64,000 bases of DNA from NCBI GenBank assembly GCA_964016885.1, contig OZ024746.1:76384001-76448000 (forward strand). Direction: 5' to 3'. Each line of letters begins with the position of its first letter. The first letter of the stretch is position 1. The translations under genes were made by a program, and so were the position numbers. The stretch comes from Eledone cirrhosa (lineage: Eukaryota). Below, piece after piece: positions 57,498-64,000 of this stretch. Below the pieces are notes generated by a model that saw only the letters and a program-made list of their open reading frames with translations, was not told where the DNA came from and searched no databases.

Positions 57498-60400
57498 TAT
57501 TATGTCTGTCTGTTGGCAACATGGGGTTAGCTTAACTGTTCTTGATTTCTGCTGATAAATGCTAAACATTATAATTTGTCACAAAACATTTATGGAGAAA
57601 CACTCAGAATATATCTATTAAATAGATTATTAAATTATTGCTTAAAAGTTTATTTCACTGCATTGCTGTCTGTCAAGTTTTAGTACAATACCGCCTCTTA
57701 ATCTAACTAAATATCTTTTTGTTTTATTAGTATCAGCATAGAAAAAAAGTATAGCAATTTGTATAATATAGAATAGTATACTGTTGTTACTACAGTAACC
57801 TCATATCACTGTAATCTAGCAATCAAACAATGTAATTTTCTATGAGGATGTTAAATGTTATAGCTTGTCAAATAATTCATTTGAAAAAATTCAAATTAAT
57901 CTTTAGAAATTTTTGTTGAACAGAAACTGCAGAGGTCAACCATATATTTAAATGTGTACCATCTATATAAATGTATGCTTTTGTGTGTATCTGTATGTAT
58001 TCACTTTTGTGTCAGCATATATGTTCCATAACTTAGTGATTCAGAAAAAAGGGATTGATAAAATAGGTGCCAGATGTGGAAAATAAGTACTGGGGTTAAT
58101 ATCATCGACTTTACCCTTTAGCATTTACATTACTCTATATTTACTATTGTATTTTCACGGTAAACACTTTATTTCACATAATTATCTCACATAATATTGA
58201 ATCTATGAGATTTTTTAATATTATTTATTTTGAGAACAATACCTTAACATATGACTGATTTGAACAGAAAGAGGAGAGAGAATTCTGGCCAGGTATGGCC
58301 AGTTTAAATGCTAAAGGGTTAAAGGGATACCCCAACTTAACCAGAGTCTAATGACTGAAACAAATAAAAAAAAAATGTGTTAGGATTTTTTTTCACTTAG
58401 TAGTTTGGTCTAAAGAAAAGACCTGTGCCCATGATCTTTGCAAAGAAGGTTGATGATACAACTGATGGTCTTTAACATTTCTATGGAAAACTTGAACAGA
58501 TGTGGTATTCTAGGCAGGACTGGGAACATAGAGAAAGGGTTATAGATGATATGGGTGATGAGAGAAAGTGAGTGACAGCAAGCCAACCAGATGAAAGGAG
58601 TAGAGGTCACTATGGTAGCAATAGAGCAAAAAGACTGCATGTGTGGTGACTCCATGACAATCAGTTGGCGGTCTTTTTTGGAATGTGTACAAATTCTAAG
58701 CAAGAAGATTAAACAAAAATCATATTATGGAAGATAATGGTATCTAATGGAGGTACAAGTCCAGCAATTTGTGGAGAAGGGATCAGGTGTTTAATTTGAC
58801 CTCAGAAGGATGAAAAGCTTTTAATTCAGAAAGTAAAGAACTGGAACAAATACCACACAGCATTTTGTCAAATGACATGTGAGTCATACTGGCATTATTT
58901 GGAGGAAGAAAATTGTTAGAGCATCAGACAAAATACTTTGCAGTATTTACTTTGGCTCTTCTGAATTCAAATCATACTGAGTTCAACTTCGCTTTCCATC
59001 TTTAGAGGGTTGATAAAATAAAGTACCGCTCAAGTGTTGGAATCGATTTAATTGGCTCATCTTCACCCACTCCGCCACAAAAAAAAAAATTGTTTGCATT
59101 ATTTAGCTATTAGTTAGTTGATGTTTTCCATAAAAAGTTTCAGTATGCATTTTTGTAATTGTATGTGTAAACATATAGACCCATACCCCGGAATATATTT
59201 ATTTACTAAATTTGAACTTGATGATGATGATGATGATGATATAGATGATAATCTGTGTAAAACAATTTCCAGAACAAATTTCAACAACTAATTAGTAATC
59301 TGTATTTCACAATAAATTATTAAAAGAAATATTTGTAATATGATATAAGCTCTGTGTATACGGTATAAAATAAGTACACTATAACCTTACATTTCGTAAG
59401 AGGCGACTGAAAGTGTTGGCACTAGAAAGGGAAACCAACTGTAAAACATGGCCTCAAGAAGGACCATATGATGAGTATGAAGCTTGTCATGAGGTCCACA
59501 ACTCTAGCCCTTGCTTTAAACAGGAAAATGGCCTTAAAACACATATTATTATAAGTGCTTGCAATTTTAATCTATCTTTTAAAAGCCAATTATATTACAA
59601 TTTTTAGAAAAGTCATTAAATTCACTTGGTCTAATTAGCCACAGTAATAACTAGTTTTTTAATAACCATGTTTTCCACAGCCAGTTTTTATTACTATATT
59701 TATTGATGCTATTTTAGCCAAACACTAGCATAAAATAAATATAAAAAATGACATATAAAAGACATAAAAAAGGGAAATATATATATAATCTTTTAATTTT
59801 TTTTAGTCATTAGACTGCATCCAAACTGGGGCACCATCTCCCAGGGATTTTAGTTGATTATAGCAACTCCAGTAATCATTTTTTTTAAAGTTTGGTACTT
59901 ACATTACTGATCTCATTTAGTTGAACCATTAAGTTACAGGATACAGACACAGACATAAATATAAACACAGAGACATAGACAAATATATATATGATGAGCT
60001 ACTGCAGTTTCCAGCTATCAAATTTTACTCACAAAGCATTAGCCAGCCTGAAGTTATAGTAGAAGACACTTGTCCAGAGTGCCACACAGTGGGAATGAAC
60101 CCAAACTCACATGGTTACAAAGCAAACTCTATAACCACACAGTCATGCCTGCACCTATTATGCAACATTTGCCAAATAACATTTTTGCCTGAAGTAAAAT
60201 AGAATATCAAGGGTAGAACTGTCTAAATCACTATTGTCTAACACCAGCTACAAGCTAAGAAACTGTCAGATCGAATATCTTTTATACTCAGCTTGTGTTG
60301 TCTATTTTATCCCATTTGATGTAACCATTTCTCCCATGTGCAGCAAGCAATGTTTTTAATACAAAATTATTTTGTATTATTCCAGCTGATTTGTAGATGC

Positions 60401-62303
60401 ACAAATGTACATATAGGAGTGAGACATATCCATACAATCAAACGTAGTGCATTCTTGCACAAGATCATTATGTTTGGAACTCTTCCGAGTGTAAACCATC
60501 ATTTTATGGACTGTCACTTGTTATCTCTGTCTAGAATGAAGGAAATGATGCAAGGTGCAATCACCCCCCCCCCCCCCCCACCCCCCCACCCCCATCATCA
60601 TTATTTTACATTTGTTTTCCATGCTGGCATGGCTTAGACAAATTGGTATGGCCTGTAAATAGATGGGGATCAAAGACGACATTTTTCTCAAAGTTCCATT
60701 TTTTACATGGTTTCTACTACTGGATGCCCTTCCCAATGCCAACCACCTTACAAAGTAGACAGGTTGCTTTCTGTCATGGCACCAATATGACCCTCTTAAT
60801 TACTCATATGTTCCATATTTAGCTTTGGTTTATTTGAAAATCATAAGTGGTGTCTTTCACTAGAAATATGGTAATGAAAAGGTTAAGGGCACATATGTTT
60901 GTGGAATATCCAACCACTTACATGTTAATTCACAAGATGAACATTCAGTTGATAAAAAAGACAGAATGTTCATTGCCAAAATCAAAGAAAATTCCATCAC
61001 CATGAACAAAATCAAATTACTATGTATGTATAGATCTGTAACTCCTGAGGGAGTTATAGGGGCACCATATTGAAATACGGCATTTCTTGGGCATTTTAAA
61101 AATCCCAGTGGAGACCATCCCCTCTCTAGGTCTGAATACACCAGATTTCTTCCGGAAAACGATACAGAGTGAAAGAATAAAAGTGAGAAAGAGATATTAG
61201 GGAAAGAATTGACCCCAGTACTAGACTGGTACTTTTTTTTTTATCAACCTTGAATGGCTGTAAGTTGAAGTAAACTTTGGCAGGATTTGAACTCAGAAAA
61301 CAGATAGCTGAAATGAATATCACAAAGTGTTTTATCTAATGTTCTAACAACTCTGCCAATTTGCTGCTTCAAATTACTACACAAATGGGGGAGGGGGGTT
61401 CTTTTTTTTTCTGTTATTGGTAAACGGAAAATATATACAAGATATGAAAGAATCAAAATTGAATAAACATGTTTCTTGCTGATAACATACAAGGTGATTT
61501 TGAAAAGAAGCATTTAGGAACAAGATCTAACAGCATCTAAGAACTAACAGATGATTTATTTCTAAGGTAATTGATGAGAACTAAAAGAAAATGTTCTAAA
61601 TATATTACCTAAAGCCCGATGTAGTAACAAATTGAGTTATTTTTGCTTACACAGATGTAACATAAAAGTTCTATCATAATTTAACAAATGGAATCAATTT
61701 ACATAACTCTAATAAGCATACCAAATTGGAAGGAGAGGCAGTAATAAGCTGGACCTATGGCATACATAAAAATGGTGATAGACATTATCTGTGAGAAAAA
61801 AATATTTGATACAATATAATTACATTGTTGACAGTTGAACCAAATTGAAATAAGTGTATGTAATGTGGTAGTGCTTGTACCACAATAAAATACACTTAGT
61901 ATAATCTGTGAAGTGGGAGGGTAGGTGCCATCATAAAATGCACCCAGTACACTCTGTAAAATGGTTGGCATTAAGAAGGGCCTTCAACCTTAGAAACCAG
62001 GTTCCTCAGGCCTATCTAGTTGCAGACAGTGACAACCTGTTTGTTCAACCCATGCTGGCATGGGTTAGCCCAAACCAACAAGGGAGCATCAACATGCTCA
62101 TTTAATCAGGTAGAAATAGCAACCAAATTTCCCTCAACAAAAAACTAAGAAAAAAATAATTTTACAATCCAACTCTTTAACCCATTCCAAATTGGAAGCT
62201 TCTACATGGTCATTCGACCTGCAAGAAACAGCAGCCAAATCTCCCTCAAATTACACCATATACCTGAACTAAAATACTAAAAAGAAAAAGATCAAAATCT
62301 TAC

Positions 62304-62486
62304 CTCTCTGTGGAAATCCTTATTGGTGAAAAGGTTTAATTCTTCGCCCATGATTTCTTGCTGGTTCAGCACATCCTGGTAGTCCATCTCCTTAATGATA
62401 CCGGGGTCATCAATACCATTAGCTTTCAGAAACTCCATGTAGGCAACCTGGAATGCCTGCCCAATAGACTGGGCAATTAGTTGAGC
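62304..62486 (-). CDS. lin-10/APBA: X11/Mint/APBA (lin-10) coding exon: C-terminal helix of PTB domain plus linker
   Basis: Hand translation AQLIAQSIGQAFQVAYMEFLKANGIDDPGIIKEMDYQDVLNQQEIMGEELNLFTNKDFHRE (61 aa), bounded by tttcag acceptor and gtaag donor; matches the Mint PTB end motif AQLIAQSIGQAF. Not in the ORF track. Upstream exons lie beyond the window. Confidence 0.95.
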
Positions 62487-62583
62487 CTGAAATGATACAT
62501 TTGCAAATACTCATTTATATATATATATAAATAACTGAATTTTATTAACCAACATATATTTTCCTTATTTAAATATACATTAA

Positions 62584-62829
62584 CCCTTTCCTTACCATAT
62601 TTCTAATAAAAGACACTGCCAATAATTTTCACATTATTTTGAAAATAATGAAATATTTGGAGGGAATTAGTAATGTAACTAACTGGTGGTTGGAGCAAAG
62701 GTTCTTACATAAAATTATAATGGAAGGTTTTTAGATATATATATATATATATATATAAATACTTTTAAACAAACAGCTTTGTATATCATAAAACTATAGC
62801 CAGTCCCAGGCAATTTGGTATCAAAAGAG
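62584..62829. mobile_element. piggyBac-type MITE family 2 (other copies at 17086-17321 and 32161-32392; partial at 32397-32543, 33435-33620 and 60800-60885)
   Basis: TTAA-CCCTTT..ACCATATTTCTAA..AAAGACACTGCC...AAAAG(A/G)G-TTAA shared among the copies. Confidence 0.7.
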
Positions 62830-63868
62830 TTAATATAACTGAAATGTAAAATCATTCCATTGAAAGTAGGTTCTAGCTACCTTGACTGAGGTCAGCTCTT
62901 TACTGTCAGATTAAATAACAAAAGACAAAATAGAATATTGTTTAAAATAAAAGTAATCAAAATACATTTGGGAGGAGATGACAGTACTGACTTGTAAAGT
63001 ACTAATTTGATGAGTACTGACTTTATTAGTACTGATTTGGTTAGAATTGACTTTGTCTGTGATGGCATGTCCAACCCATGCCAGCATGGTCATGAGCTAG
63101 TTAAGTAGTACAGTGGGTATTGGTAAAAATATCCTCCCATTTGAGTCTCCTGGAGGTACACACATTACAAAAATGTTTACTCATATTTACGCAAACACAC
63201 ACCTACAGAAAGGGACACACATTCACTTATTGCCTTCATGCATACACACACACATGCACAATCAAATATAAGAAAAAGTACTGACACTCACATATATACA
63301 CTCAAATATACACACATGTACTAACAATCATAGACACACACACACACACATATGTGTGTGTGGAAAATAAACAAGGAAAAACAAGACAAGAGAACAATAC
63401 AGTACAATGATAATATATACTAGTTTGATGCATGACATAGTAGGAAAAGAGTCTTAAGATTTCAGACATTAGTCCTTCATTAGAAGATAGAATAAGATAG
63501 AAGAAATAGAAAGACAGACAAGAGTAAGTGTTGGTAGAGGTTTTGATAGTGGGGGTAGTTGTGGTGGTGTGTGTATGTATGTGTGTGTGTATATATATAT
63601 ATCATCCTCATCATCATCATTTTGTGTCCGCTTTTCCCTGCTTGCAAGGGTGGGACGGGAACTGATTCTGACTTGATTTCTACAGCTGGATGCCCTTCCT
63701 AACACCAACCTCATTTACAGTGAGTGCTGGGTGCTTTTTTGCCGCAGCACCTCCACGACCACTTTGCAGTGGAATGATAGGGACCCCAGTCCCTATCATC
63801 TCATTTCTACAGCTGAGTAAACTGGAACAATGTGAAATAAAGTGTCTTGTTCAAAGAAACAACACATC

Positions 63869-63915
<47 letters not shown>

Positions 63916-64000
63916 CATACACACACACACAACCCTTGCTAGCAGGGAAAGCAGACGTTAAATGATGACGATGATGATACCCACTCACACTGATACAAGA

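Overview
AT-rich, microsatellite-dense eukaryotic DNA; the repeat content suggests an octopus-like cephalopod (inference). The only host gene I can support is the 3' part of an X11/Mint/APBA (lin-10) neuronal adaptor on the minus strand. It has five phase-0 coding exons (end of PTB, PDZ1, PDZ2, C-terminal tail) from 62486 down to 21690, with a 30.7-kb intron. That intron holds an apparently intact 1022-aa RTE LINE with a PHD-type finger, several truncated RTE copies, a 5'-truncated Tx1/L1-clade LINE and kilobase (TA)n arrays. The two shortest-numbered introns add a Mariner relic and a Penelope-like GIY-YIG element. The most striking structure is a set of at least six fold-back (inverted-repeat or perfectly palindromic) Penelope-type insertions sitting in (TA)n tracts, most carrying minimal type-I hammerhead ribozyme cores. 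One pair of these cores shows compensatory stem changes. The many YI/IY-rich ORFs in the track are microsatellite artefacts.
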